This document shows, in pieces, positions 1 to 8,165 of a DNA stretch of 25,312 nucleotides. Every line of letters starts with the position of its first letter. Position 1 is the first letter of the stretch. Made by a program: the position numbers and the translations under genes. The stretch lies in the IMG/VR virus record IMGVR_UViG_3300042360_000323, positions 1 through 25,312 of that record. One strand, 5' to 3'. Origin of the DNA: a virus (taxonomy: Duplodnaviria; Caudoviricetes). The notes beneath the pieces were generated by a model. That model was not told the DNA's origin. It ran no database searches and was given only the letters and a program-made list of their open reading frames with translations.

Positions 1-705
1 GACGAACAGTTTTGGCGCGCCGTTGAGGCCGCCGGATGGGTGACATTCGACCACGAAGCGCGCACCGTAACCATCGAAGGATGGGAACAGCGTTTCTCCA
101 AAGCTGCGAAATCCAGACTCTTGGACAATCGGCGGAAGGCAGTTTCGCGGGCAAAAAGTGGCAATGTCCGGCATGTGTCCGGTTCGTGTCCGGTTGTTGT
201 CCGGTCGCACCCGGACCAAATAGAGGAAATAGAGGAAATAGAAATACATCCTTCGGATGTAGCTACGACCGAAACGCGGAAGCCGCGTTCGCGGTCGCAG
301 CCGGCGGACCCGATCCGGTGGACGCCTGCGGCTGGCTGGGAGGGGATCACAGACGACGACCGGGCCGCCTGGGGCACGGCCTACCCCGCCTGCGACATTG
401 CCGGCGAGTTGGCCCGCATGGGCGAATGGCTCCGGGCGAACCCGGCGAAGGCCCACAAGTCCCGGTGGCGGGCGTTCGTCACCTCCTGGCTCACGCGGTC
501 GCAGGACAAGGGCGGCGGCAAGCCGTCGAACCGCCCCGGCGAGTCGGCCCCGGCGAAGTCGTGGGCGGAGCGGGCGTCGTGGAGGGACGACGCGGGGGCG
601 AACATGACCGAAACCCGTTATCGGGAGTGGCGCGCTCGGAGGCCCGCAACGCCCTCTGTGGATGCGTTAGCGTTAGCTACACGCCTTCGCGTGTCCGAAA
701 CGTGA
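1..705 (+). CDS. Phage replication initiator / replisome organiser-like protein, 5'-truncated
   Basis: Frame is open from base 1 (DEQFWRAVEAAGWVTFD...), upstream of the track's GTG at 40; basic helix, low-complexity linker carrying DNA repeats, and C-terminal helical domain (ELARMGEWL...WRAFVTSWLTR) as in lambda O/DnaD-type initiators; position before rusA. Confidence 0.65.
   Translation, partial: DEQFWRAVEAAGWVTFDHEARTVTIEGWEQRFSKAAKSRLLDNRRKAVSRAKSGNVRHVSGSCPVVVRSHPDQIEEIEEIEIHPSDVATTETRKPRSRSQPADPIRWTPAAGWEGITDDDRAAWGTAYPACDIAGELARMGEWLRANPAKAHKSRWRAFVTSWLTRSQDKGGGKPSNRPGESAPAKSWAERASWRDDAGANMTETRYREWRARRPATPSVDALALATRLRVSET
165..246 (+). repeat. Putative replication origin: four TGTCCGG iterons plus purine/A-rich tract
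   Basis: TGTCCGG at 165, 176, 187, 198 (exact 11-bp period) followed by AAATAGAGGAAATAGAGGAAATAGAAATA at 218-246, inside the initiator gene as in lambdoid ori. Confidence 0.7.
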
Positions 706-758
706 AAAGACAGGCTGAAAAAGAAAACGTCTTAAAACGCAAATATGGAGCTTTAACG

Positions 759-1070
759 ATGGGTCAGCCCAAACTACCAACCAAAGAGGAATTGTCGGGC
801 TACGTCGCGGAGCTATTCCACGGCTCCGGCTGGGTTGTCAACGAAGTGTGGATGGAGTGGTGGTCGGCGGCGCGTTACGTCCGGCTCATGGTCGAGCCTG
901 CGGACGAAATGGCGGACGGCTCGGATGGTGTTTTCAACCTGGCTTATGAACTGCGCCGGCAGATGCTCGAACAGACCGGTATGTCGTGGGTGGTCGTTCT
1001 CTACACGGTTCCCCTGTCGCCGCGCGACCATCGGCGGATCGTTAAACGCATGGCGCAGCGGTTCGGCTAA
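759..1070 (+). CDS. Hypothetical protein (103 aa)
   Basis: GGAG at 747-750 before ATG 759; globular-looking sequence (MGQPKLPTKEELSG...); 3' part of track ORF 36..1070. Confidence 0.7.
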   Translation: MGQPKLPTKEELSGYVAELFHGSGWVVNEVWMEWWSAARYVRLMVEPADEMADGSDGVFNLAYELRRQMLEQTGMSWVVVLYTVPLSPRDHRRIVKRMAQRFG

Positions 1071-1072
1071 CG

Positions 1073-1104
1073 ATTGCCGCCGCGCCGGGGGCAATGTAGT
1101 TTTT
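1073..1104 (+). terminator. Possible weak intrinsic terminator
   Basis: ATTGCC (1073-1078) / GGCAAT (1090-1095) stem followed by GTAGTTTTT right after the stop at 1070. Confidence 0.3.
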
Positions 1105-1151
1105 CGCACATGCACGGGCGCACAGTGTCGCGCAGCATGGAGGGCGAAGGC

Positions 1152-1334
1152 ATGGGCACGGTAGCCGCGTTTGTGTGGATCGTTGCGGGCGTAATCGTTT
1201 GCGTCGGTACGTTTTTTGTCGGGTTCCTGTCCGGCGCCGCATGGTTCCGCGGTCAGTCCGCGGCGGACATGACGCGATTTCGAAAGGCCGTTAGCGACGA
1301 AGAGCGGGCAAAGGTCTGGCACGGCCGGAACTGA
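1152..1334 (+). CDS. Small membrane protein (one N-terminal TM helix)
   Basis: Hydrophobic stretch VAAFVWIVAGVIVCVGTFFVGFL then charged tail; purine-rich RBS upstream; ATG 1137 is an alternative start. Confidence 0.7.
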   Translation: MGTVAAFVWIVAGVIVCVGTFFVGFLSGAAWFRGQSAADMTRFRKAVSDEERAKVWHGRN

Positions 1335-1356
1335 GTTTCACCCCGGAGGGTCATGG

Positions 1357-1800
1357 ATGACCCTGTTTTCTTTTCGGGTTTTGGGCGATCCCGTCCCCCA
1401 ACCGCGGCCGCGTGTCTCCACGTTCGGCGGACACGCGCGGGCCTATGTCCAGAAAACCCATCCGATCCACGCCTTTCGGGAAGCGGTCCGCCTGGCGGCG
1501 ATTGCGGCCGGCGTCCCGCGGTCGTTCGGCCCCGTTGAAGTTTCGATCCTCGCGGTATTCGCCCGGCCCCCGTCCCACCGGAAAGCCGACGGGAGCCTCC
1601 GCGCTGGCGCTCCCCTGTTTCCCGGCCACCGTTGCGGCGATGCCGACAATATTGCCGTCGGCGTTTTAAACGCATTAACCGGCGTCGCCTACGAAGACGA
1701 CGACCAGGCGGATTTGGGGTTCGTCCGTCGCCGCTACGGGAAAACGGCGTTCGTCGATATTCGGATTGCCGCCGTTCCGATCGGAGACTACGGCGAATGA
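1357..1800 (+). CDS. rusA: RusA-family Holliday junction resolvase-like protein
   Basis: N-terminal G-x-P-V-P-Q-x-R-P-R and C-terminal D-x-D-N...AL...DD-x-Q motif; GGAGG RBS; typical position after replication genes. Confidence 0.85.
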   Translation: MTLFSFRVLGDPVPQPRPRVSTFGGHARAYVQKTHPIHAFREAVRLAAIAAGVPRSFGPVEVSILAVFARPPSHRKADGSLRAGAPLFPGHRCGDADNIAVGVLNALTGVAYEDDDQADLGFVRRRYGKTAFVDIRIAAVPIGDYGE

Positions 1801-2177
1801 TGCTCCAGCGTTCCCGCTGCCGGCGTTTGACGGAACCCGAACTGGCAACCATCCGCGAAATGTGGGCGGCTGGCAGCGCCGTGTCTGTGATCTGCGCGGC
1901 GGTCGACATGACACGGGACGCGTTCATAGCCCGCCGGCTCGACCAACTGGCAGACCTACCGATTCGGGCTCGCGGATGCCGCGCGGGCATTCCCCGGATG
2001 CCGGAGCCGACGGAAAAAGAGTTTCCGCCGGAGATGATTGCGCAAAGGGCGGCGGAGATTCGCGCCGGCTGGACCGAATCGGAACGGCTCAAGCGTCTTT
2101 CGGTCGGTCGAGTCCCGCCGACGACGCATCGCGTAGTAAGTCGCGCCGATGTAGCGGCGGCGATTCGGAACCGCTGA
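1797..2177 (+). CDS. Putative HTH DNA-binding regulator (GcrA-like N-terminus), candidate late activator
   Basis: ATGA overlap with rusA stop; LTEPELATIREMWAAGSAVSVICAAVDMTRDA resembles a three-helix HTH; last gene before the first late promoter motif. Confidence 0.6.
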   Translation: MMLQRSRCRRLTEPELATIREMWAAGSAVSVICAAVDMTRDAFIARRLDQLADLPIRARGCRAGIPRMPEPTEKEFPPEMIAQRAAEIRAGWTESERLKRLSVGRVPPTTHRVVSRADVAAAIRNR

Positions 2178-2180
2178 CGA

Positions 2181-2209
2181 TTCAAGGGGGACGCGTTCCC
2201 GTTTAGTTT
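2181..2209 (+). promoter_or_regulatory. Putative late promoter copy 1 (TTCAAG-N17-TAGTTT)
   Basis: Intergenic; shares GATTCAAGGGGRACGCGNNNNCGTTTA with the site upstream of the capsid gene. Confidence 0.7.
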
Positions 2210-2216
2210 CGGCCGC

Positions 2217-2345
2217 ATGGCGAAGCGGCGGAAACCCAAGCGCGAAGAACAGCCGGAGCCGGCAAAGCGCGTCGAGCGGAAGACCGCGTCGTCTCCGAAT
2301 CCCTACGCGTGGCGGAACCGCGTCGCGGAATGGTTCAACAAATAA
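2217..2345 (+). CDS. Small basic hypothetical protein (42 aa), not in ORF track
   Basis: MAKRRKPKREEQPEPAKRVERKTASSPNPYAWRNRVAEWFNK*; fills the gap between promoter motif and next gene; ATG 7 nt after the -10 box. Confidence 0.6.
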   Translation: MAKRRKPKREEQPEPAKRVERKTASSPNPYAWRNRVAEWFNK

Positions 2346-2360
2346 CCCCGCGGGGCGCCC

Positions 2361-2735
2361 GTGACGAATTACCCTTCTCGCTGCGCTACCGATGACGACG
2401 CGCCCCCGCGTCTAACGCTACGGGTTCCCGCCGGAAACGAGTGGTGGCGGGCGTTCCTGTTTCGGCAGGATGACGGAGCCGGGAACCGCGTTCCGATCCC
2501 GATGGAGGGCTACGCGTTCCGCGCGTATGTCTCGGTTCGGTACGACTCCGAACCGCTCCTGGAAATCGCGATCGACGACGGCCGCGCCGCGCAAGGCGTC
2601 GTGTTTCTGTCGCTGACGGAAGCGCAAACGCTATCGGTCACGCCGGGGACGTATTTTTGGCGGCTGCGGACGACCGCGCCGGGCGACGTTGAACGAACAC
2701 GGGTCGATGGCCCTATGGAGATTTCCCGCCGATGA
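2361..2735 (+). CDS. Putative fibre-attachment/collar beta-sandwich protein (T5 p132 / BppU-N-like)
   Basis: 124 aa beta-rich pattern (G.V.LSLT..QT....PG.Y.W.L...VDG.MEI) typical of small proteins preceding phage fibre genes; ATGA overlap with the fibre gene. Confidence 0.55.
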   Translation: MTNYPSRCATDDDAPPRLTLRVPAGNEWWRAFLFRQDDGAGNRVPIPMEGYAFRAYVSVRYDSEPLLEIAIDDGRAAQGVVFLSLTEAQTLSVTPGTYFWRLRTTAPGDVERTRVDGPMEISRR

Positions 2736-4819
2736 GTTACCAGCCGAAATCGACCGTAGAGGTAACGCCCGGCGCCGTGGAAATCGTCGTTTGGGGCGGA
2801 CCGCCTGGCCCGCAAGGCGAACCCGGTTCCGGTATCCAGGTTAAGGGCGTCGCGGAGTCATGGCCCCCGGCCGAATCGCCGGAAGACGGGGATCTGTGGG
2901 TTATTCCGGCCCCCGTCCCGCCCGGAACGCCGGACGGCTACGAACCCGGCGACGGCGCCAGTTGGGACGGAGAAACCTGGGTCAACACTGGACCGATTCA
3001 AGGCCCGCCCGGCGAGGATGGCGGAGCCCATATCGTTTCGGAGACGACTCCGCCCCCTGGAGACGTTGGCGATTTGTGGATACGTCCGAACGCGCCTGAA
3101 ATCGAAATGCCAGCCGGCCCGCCCGGTCCGCCGGGAACTGCGGCAACCGTCGAAGTGGCGGAAACGCTGACGGTCGATCCCGGCTACCCGGCGGAGGTGG
3201 TCAATCTCGGCAACGCAAACAAAGCGCTGTTGTCGTTCAAGATTCCCCAAGGGATTGCCGGCGAGCCCGGCCCGGCCGGAGTCGACGGCGTCCAGGGCAT
3301 TCCCGGCGAGGTCGGCCCGGAGGGTCCGCAAGGCGAATCCGGTCCGCAGGGCATCCAGGGCGAACCCGGCATCGACGGCATCCCCGGCGTTGACGGCGCC
3401 CCCGGCCCGGCCGGCGAACCCGGAAAGGACGGAATCGACGGAGAACCTGGCCCCGTCGGTCCGCAGGGCAACCCCGGCGAGGTCGGCCCCGCGGGTCCGC
3501 AAGGCATCCAGGGCGAAACCGGCATCCAGGGCGCGCCGGGGCTCGGGATTTCCTACCGGGGTAGCGTCGCGACGGTAGACGATCTGCCGGACACGGCCGC
3601 GCAGGGCGACCTATGGACGGTCGCGGAGCCTGCCCCCGCCCACGGGTTCGTATGGGACGAAGACGCGTCCGATTGGGTGGATGCCGGCCCTGTTCAAGGA
3701 CCGCAGGGCGTCGCGGGACCGCAGGGCGTCGCGGGTCCGGCCGGCGAGCCGGGTGCGGTCGGTTCGGAGGGTCCGCAAGGAATTCCCGGCGAGGTTGGCC
3801 CCGCGGGTCCGGCCGGAGCGGACGGCATTCAAGGCGAGCGCGGTGAGCCCGGCGAGGTCGGCCCGGAAGGCCCGGCGGGCATCCAGGGCGAAACCGGCCC
3901 GGCCGGCCCTACGGAAATTGCAACGGCGAGCGTATTGGGCGGCGTGAAGATCGGCGCCGGTATCACGGTCACGGCGGACGGCACGATCAGCGCGGCGGCG
4001 GGTACAGACTACGTCTTACCCAAGGCGAGCGCGGCCATTCTCGGCGGCATCAAAATCGGCAACGGCCTGGCGATCGACGCAAACGGCGTTTGTACGGCGA
4101 GTCTAGCGGGGAACTACGTTAACAAAGCCGGCGACGTTATGAATGGCCCGTTGAGGTACGCGCCAAACGCCGGCCCCGTCGGATTCAACGGAACCGACGT
4201 TTACACTTACTACGACGGCGCCTATTACCGCCTGTATATGCCGGGCGGTAAACAAGCGTTCGTGGCGGCCCCCGATACGGCGCAGGTTCAATTCCTCGGG
4301 GCGAATCCGTCAACGCCGTTTACCCCCGCCGCTGACAATGAACTGACAAATAAAAAGTACGTCGATAGCGCAGTATCGAGCGCCATCACCGGCGCGACGC
4401 AATTTCTAAAGACGGCCGGCGGCACGATGACGGGCACCATCGTCGCCCCAACGGCAGTTAATACGATGACCTGGGCCACAAGCTATAACATTTTCGGGTC
4501 CAGCGGTGGCGTTGCATTCCGCAATAACAATGCCAATTTGTTATTGATGACCACTACCAGCGTTGCGGCGGTTGTGTTGTTGGAGGTCCGGGCAACCGGC
4601 GCGGCGATTCGGTTTGGCTCGGGAGGCCCGACGGTCACGAATGTATCGGGCGTCGTTTCGATCACGGCGAACGTCGAATCGACCACCGCGGCCCCTACGG
4701 CGGCCGGCCATTTGACCCGAAAAGACTATGTAGACGGGCGGGTCATCGCTCAGGCGGCCGGCGGCGCGGCCCCCGCGGTTACGGGTTTGAGCGCGGGAAC
4801 GCTATGGGTGGAATATTAA
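2732..4819 (+). CDS. Collagen-like phage fibre protein (695 aa)
   Basis: Long Gly-X-Y runs; two LGG[VI]KIGxG repeats; [11 protein letters not shown] / [11 protein letters not shown] and LTxKxYVD fibre-shaft motifs. Confidence 0.88.
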   Translation: MSYQPKSTVEVTPGAVEIVVWGGPPGPQGEPGSGIQVKGVAESWPPAESPEDGDLWVIPAPVPPGTPDGYEPGDGASWDGETWVNTGPIQGPPGEDGGAHIVSETTPPPGDVGDLWIRPNAPEIEMPAGPPGPPGTAATVEVAETLTVDPGYPAEVVNLGNANKALLSFKIPQGIAGEPGPAGVDGVQGIPGEVGPEGPQGESGPQGIQGEPGIDGIPGVDGAPGPAGEPGKDGIDGEPGPVGPQGNPGEVGPAGPQGIQGETGIQGAPGLGISYRGSVATVDDLPDTAAQGDLWTVAEPAPAHGFVWDEDASDWVDAGPVQGPQGVAGPQGVAGPAGEPGAVGSEGPQGIPGEVGPAGPAGADGIQGERGEPGEVGPEGPAGIQGETGPAGPTEIATASVLGGVKIGAGITVTADGTISAAAGTDYVLPKASAAILGGIKIGNGLAIDANGVCTASLAGNYVNKAGDVMNGPLRYAPNAGPVGFNGTDVYTYYDGAYYRLYMPGGKQAFVAAPDTAQVQFLGANPSTPFTPAADNELTNKKYVDSAVSSAITGATQFLKTAGGTMTGTIVAPTAVNTMTWATSYNIFGSSGGVAFRNNNANLLLMTTTSVAAVVLLEVRATGAAIRFGSGGPTVTNVSGVVSITANVESTTAAPTAAGHLTRKDYVDGRVIAQAAGGAAPAVTGLSAGTLWVEY

Positions 4820-5235
4820 TGACCGTTCAAGTTCTCAACGCCGGAGCATGGAAACCCGCGGCCCCGAAAGGGGTTTTGATAGGCGGCGCATGGGTCGCGC
4901 CAAAGAAAATGTATGTTCTCGCGGGCGGCGCTTGGAAATTGGTATGGGAAGAAGCGGCCGCCGCGGAGCCCCCGTATTTGTACGCTTGCGACGTTGTTTA
5001 TAAGCCGGGGTATGAAGTCGAGTTTTCCGCGCGAATCGGTTCCCCTACCGATCCGGAAGAAGTCTTTATGTTTCAATGCGTCCAGATCCCGCGAAACGGC
5101 TACGTTCCGCGGACGTTTTCGAAGACATTCACGGCCAGCGGATATTCGAAGCTGGATTGTACGCTCGAAGACCTATCGAACGTCCCCGGCCGCGACCGCC
5201 GCAAGATCGAATTTTACATCCAGCCACGACCGTAA
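4819..5235 (+). CDS. Putative fibre tip/cap protein (138 aa)
   Basis: TAATG overlap with the fibre stop; N-terminal triple x-GG/AG-AWK repeats followed by a small beta-rich domain. Confidence 0.7.
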   Translation: MTVQVLNAGAWKPAAPKGVLIGGAWVAPKKMYVLAGGAWKLVWEEAAAAEPPYLYACDVVYKPGYEVEFSARIGSPTDPEEVFMFQCVQIPRNGYVPRTFSKTFTASGYSKLDCTLEDLSNVPGRDRRKIEFYIQPRP

Positions 5236-5238
5236 TTT

Positions 5239-5586
5239 ATGGCCGACGCGCTTTATTATTGGGACGGGACGCAATGGCGGCCGATAGCATCGGGCGGCGG
5301 AGGCGGCGGCGCCTCGGGTCCGCCTGGCCCGGTTGGCCCCGCGGGTCATAGCGTCGAAGTCTACGGCCCCCAGGCGTCCATACCCGCGATGCCGGACAAG
5401 GGCGACATGTGGCTTTATTCAACCACTCGCGCAATTACGCGAACCGCCTGCCCGAACCGTCTGAAATACGCGCCGCTGCCGCCGATAGCGCGAGTCCCAT
5501 GCGGGCGACATAGGAAATACCAAAAACTTTCCGGAGGTTTGACGTACAAACCTGGGAAATACCGTGTTTTAAAGAAAAGGAAATAA
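5239..5586 (+). CDS. Short collagen-like linker protein with basic C-terminal tail
   Basis: YYWDGTQW start, poly-Gly, GPPGPVGPAG, P...GDMW motif, Lys/Arg-rich tail; tight spacing with neighbours. Confidence 0.75.
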   Translation: MADALYYWDGTQWRPIASGGGGGGASGPPGPVGPAGHSVEVYGPQASIPAMPDKGDMWLYSTTRAITRTACPNRLKYAPLPPIARVPCGRHRKYQKLSGGLTYKPGKYRVLKKRK

Positions 5587-5589
5587 CAA

Positions 5590-6174
5590 ATGGCCGATAC
5601 GCAAGATGTCCTGATTTTTGACGGGGTTTCGTGGGTTTCTATCCGCGGGCCGCAGGGCGACCAGGGTCCGGCCGGCGTTGCGGGTCCGGCGGGCGAAATC
5701 GGCCCCGCGGGTCCGGCTGGAGCCGACGGCCCCGCCGGCATCCAGGGTATCCAGGGCGAAGCCGGTCCCGCGGGTGAGGCTGGGCCGCAGGGTATCCAGG
5801 GTATCCAGGGATCGGCCGGGCTCGGAATCAACTTCAAAGGCGAAGTGCCGACGGAAGCCGATCTGCCGGCCGGCGCGACGCAAGGTGATTCCTACATCGT
5901 CCAGGCGGACGATTCGTTTTGGGTGTATGACGCCGTCGCGGCGAAGTACGTTTCCGGCGGCTCCATCCAGGGACCGCAGGGCGTCCAGGGCGAAGCTGGC
6001 CCCGCGGGCGTCAAGGGCGACCAGGGCATCCAGGGCGTTGCCGGCGAGGCTGGCCCCGCGGGTAGCCAGGGCGTCGCTGGCCCCACGGGCGCCGACGGTC
6101 GGAATAACGAAGTTTACGTTCAACTGTCGCAGCCCACTCCGATCGCGGCGGGCGCTATGTGGATTGTGAAATAG
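5590..6174 (+). CDS. Collagen-like fibre protein (194 aa)
   Basis: Two Gly-X-Y tracts flanking a GINFKG...GDSYIV...WVYD knob domain homologous to those in 2732..4819. Confidence 0.88.
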   Translation: MADTQDVLIFDGVSWVSIRGPQGDQGPAGVAGPAGEIGPAGPAGADGPAGIQGIQGEAGPAGEAGPQGIQGIQGSAGLGINFKGEVPTEADLPAGATQGDSYIVQADDSFWVYDAVAAKYVSGGSIQGPQGVQGEAGPAGVKGDQGIQGVAGEAGPAGSQGVAGPTGADGRNNEVYVQLSQPTPIAAGAMWIVK

Positions 6175-6189
6175 TTCGTTCGAACATTC

Positions 6190-6229
6190 GCGGGCGGCCC
6201 CCGTCGCACGACGCGCCGGGGCCGCCCGC
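6190..6229. other. GC-rich intergenic inverted repeat (12-bp perfect stem)
   Basis: GCGGGCGGCCCC (6190-6201) and GGGGCCGCCCGC (6218-6229); inner CGTC-GCAC-GACG hairpin; no U-tract. Confidence 0.6.
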
Positions 6230-6252
6230 CCCCAAAACACGAAGGCGAATAA

Positions 6253-7515
6253 ATGGCGACGGAAATATACGTTTGGACCGGAGCGGATTGGGAATCATGC
6301 CGCGGCCCGCAAGGGGCAACCGGCCCGGAAGGCCCGACGGTCGTCTCCGCCGATACGGTGAACGTCGCGAAGATCGGCACCGACGGAAAAATCCTGGTCG
6401 CTCAGGGGGATTTAGACGCGCGGTATGTCAATCTGACAGGCGACACGATGACGGGGGCGCTGGCGGTAAAGCCCCCGGCGGGCACGTCTTTTACCGTCGC
6501 GGTCGAAAATGCCCGGCCCCTGTTTCTATTTGAGGGCTCAGGGGATCAAGGGAACGGGCCTAATTTCACCATCCGGCGTTCCCGTGGGACGATGACGGCT
6601 CCCGCGTCTCTGGTGGCGGGCGATGAACTGGGAATCATCCGGTTCAATTCGATCGGCACCTATTCGCCTACTACGCTCAACCAACGGGCATTGGTACGGG
6701 CCACGACGATCAACGGCGGTTCCGCAACCGTTCCGCCAGACGTTCGTCTTACCATGTCGGCAATTACTCCGGACGCTACGCGGGCCGCTTCTGTTGTCCT
6801 CGACTGTCTGGCTACGAATGCGCTTACGTTCTACGTCACTGCCGATAATTTTGCCGTGAACGGAACAGGTTTTACGACAGTAAAAGACGGGCTTTCGGTT
6901 ACGCGTACGCAATCGGGCACGGGCGGCACGTTCAATGTTTCCGGCGCTGGCGCTGGTCAAGCGAGCGCGGGAATCGTCGCGGTATGTAAAGGCGGTTCGG
7001 CCACAACCGGATCCATCACGGGGATCTATGCGGAATCCTCGGGAACAGTCGGCACGGGCATTGGCGTTGATGCGAGGGCGTTGGGCGTTGCCACTACGAA
7101 TATTGCCATTCAGGCGCAGGCGTCGGGCGGCACGAACAATATCGGCATATCTATTGCCGACACGATCCCGAAAGCCGCGAATTCCTTTGCCCTGTCTAGC
7201 GTCAGTAAGGCGGATTCATACTTTGCCGGGAATCTCGGGGTAGGTTGGTCTACCCCTACGGTTCCCCTGGAGGTAGGCGGCGCGGCAAAGGTACGCGGCG
7301 CGCTGGAGGTGGTCGGCAATATCACGGCGACCGGCGCGGCGCATTCGTTCGCGGCGGGATCCATACCAGCGTCTGCGGTGGCGGGTATCGTGGCGGCAAC
7401 GCCGGCCAGCGCGGCGGCTCCGGGCACGGCCGGAAGCGTTCGGTACGATGCCGGGTTTCTATATGTCTGTGTGGCCGCGAATACTTGGCGGCGGGTTGCG
7501 TTGGCGGCATGGTAA
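6253..7515 (+). CDS. Fibre / receptor-binding-like protein (420 aa)
   Basis: Short collagen start, DARYVNLTGDTMTG shaft motif, Gly/Ala/Thr beta-repeat body, GNLGVG..TP...LEV.G motif, C-terminal TPAS...GTAG...D..FLYVCVAANTWRR motif common at ends of phage fibres. Confidence 0.8.
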   Translation: MATEIYVWTGADWESCRGPQGATGPEGPTVVSADTVNVAKIGTDGKILVAQGDLDARYVNLTGDTMTGALAVKPPAGTSFTVAVENARPLFLFEGSGDQGNGPNFTIRRSRGTMTAPASLVAGDELGIIRFNSIGTYSPTTLNQRALVRATTINGGSATVPPDVRLTMSAITPDATRAASVVLDCLATNALTFYVTADNFAVNGTGFTTVKDGLSVTRTQSGTGGTFNVSGAGAGQASAGIVAVCKGGSATTGSITGIYAESSGTVGTGIGVDARALGVATTNIAIQAQASGGTNNIGISIADTIPKAANSFALSSVSKADSYFAGNLGVGWSTPTVPLEVGGAAKVRGALEVVGNITATGAAHSFAAGSIPASAVAGIVAATPASAAAPGTAGSVRYDAGFLYVCVAANTWRRVALAAW

Positions 7516-7531
7516 TCGAAAGGGTTGGTTT

Positions 7532-7708
7532 ATGGACGATGATTCGTTTCCGGAAATGGTCTGCCCCCCACCCGTCTACCCGGCAACGCCGGATTGTACG
7601 GCGGAGGTGGAAGAAATGATCGAGGTCTTGGAAGCTACGGCCGCGGATGAAGCGGCCCTTCAAGCGGAACAGGATCTGGCCTTGGCGGCGGTTCGCGGCA
7701 ATGCCTGA
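7532..7708 (+). CDS. Small acidic hypothetical protein (58 aa)
   Basis: ATG 7532 within track ORF 7448..7708; fills gap, overlaps HNH start. Confidence 0.55.
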   Translation: MDDDSFPEMVCPPPVYPATPDCTAEVEEMIEVLEATAADEAALQAEQDLALAAVRGNA

Positions 7709-7994
7709 GCGTTGCCCGGCATTCCGGCCCCCTCGACTGCGGCAACGCCCGCGGCCCGTCGGGCATAACGCGCACTACCTAACGCCACAATGGAAGGCGC
7801 TACGGCAGACGATCCTTGTGCGCGACGCGTATACATGCGCCGATTGTTCGCGGGTCGTTACGGGTATAGCGGCGCAGGTCGACCACATAGTTGCGCTCAA
7901 GGATGGCGGGACGGATGACCCTGCGAACCTGGCTGTCCGTTGTAACGTTTGCCACGGTCGGAAAATCCGGGACGAGCAACAGCGGCGAAAGTAG
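7701..7994 (+). CDS. HNH endonuclease, terminase-associated (HK97 gp74-like)
   Basis: W..LR...L.RD...CxxC...VDHI......GG.....NL...CxxCH..K motif; immediately upstream of terS. Confidence 0.92.
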   Translation: MPERCPAFRPPRLRQRPRPVGHNAHYLTPQWKALRQTILVRDAYTCADCSRVVTGIAAQVDHIVALKDGGTDDPANLAVRCNVCHGRKIRDEQQRRK

Positions 7995-8165
7995 CTGGAC
8001 GGCTTACGGCATTCGCCATAGGCTGAAGTTTGTAACACCGAACACGCGCCGAACGCTGCCAAAATGGCGGGGGGGGCGTCCAGCCTCTAAAACCTGGCCC
8101 CTCCGAAACCTCGCCTCAGGACCGATGCGAATTTTCGGAACTATTCAACGCAAACAGGTAACGAA
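7995..8165. other. Probable cos/packaging initiation region
   Basis: Non-coding gap between HNH and P27-type terS, with a G8 run at 8069-8076; location inferred from HK97-like cos phages, exact cut site not identifiable. Confidence 0.55.

Noticed and set aside
165-246. Short repeats as a CRISPR array
   Set aside because: 7-9 bp units with 4-bp or no spacers, inside a CDS; no cas genes
36-758. 344-aa ORF 36..1070 as one gene
   Set aside because: 5' part overlaps the initiator in another frame and reads as Arg/Gly-rich shadow; RBS supports a start at 759
1253-2239. Long minus-strand ORFs (also 2858..3502, 5569..6240, 15764..16633)
   Set aside because: Antisense shadows of GC-rich + strand genes; no motifs or RBS; collagen antisense frames mimic Gly-Pro repeats
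4811-6260. Fibre gene breaks as pseudogenisation or stop-codon recoding
   Set aside because: Each break has a clean stop with a nearby ATG, and the breaks at 4819 and 6174/6253 change frame; TAA, TAG and TGA all end bona fide genes elsewhere, so the code looks standard. Readthrough at the in-frame 5235/5239 and 5586/5590 junctions is not formally excluded
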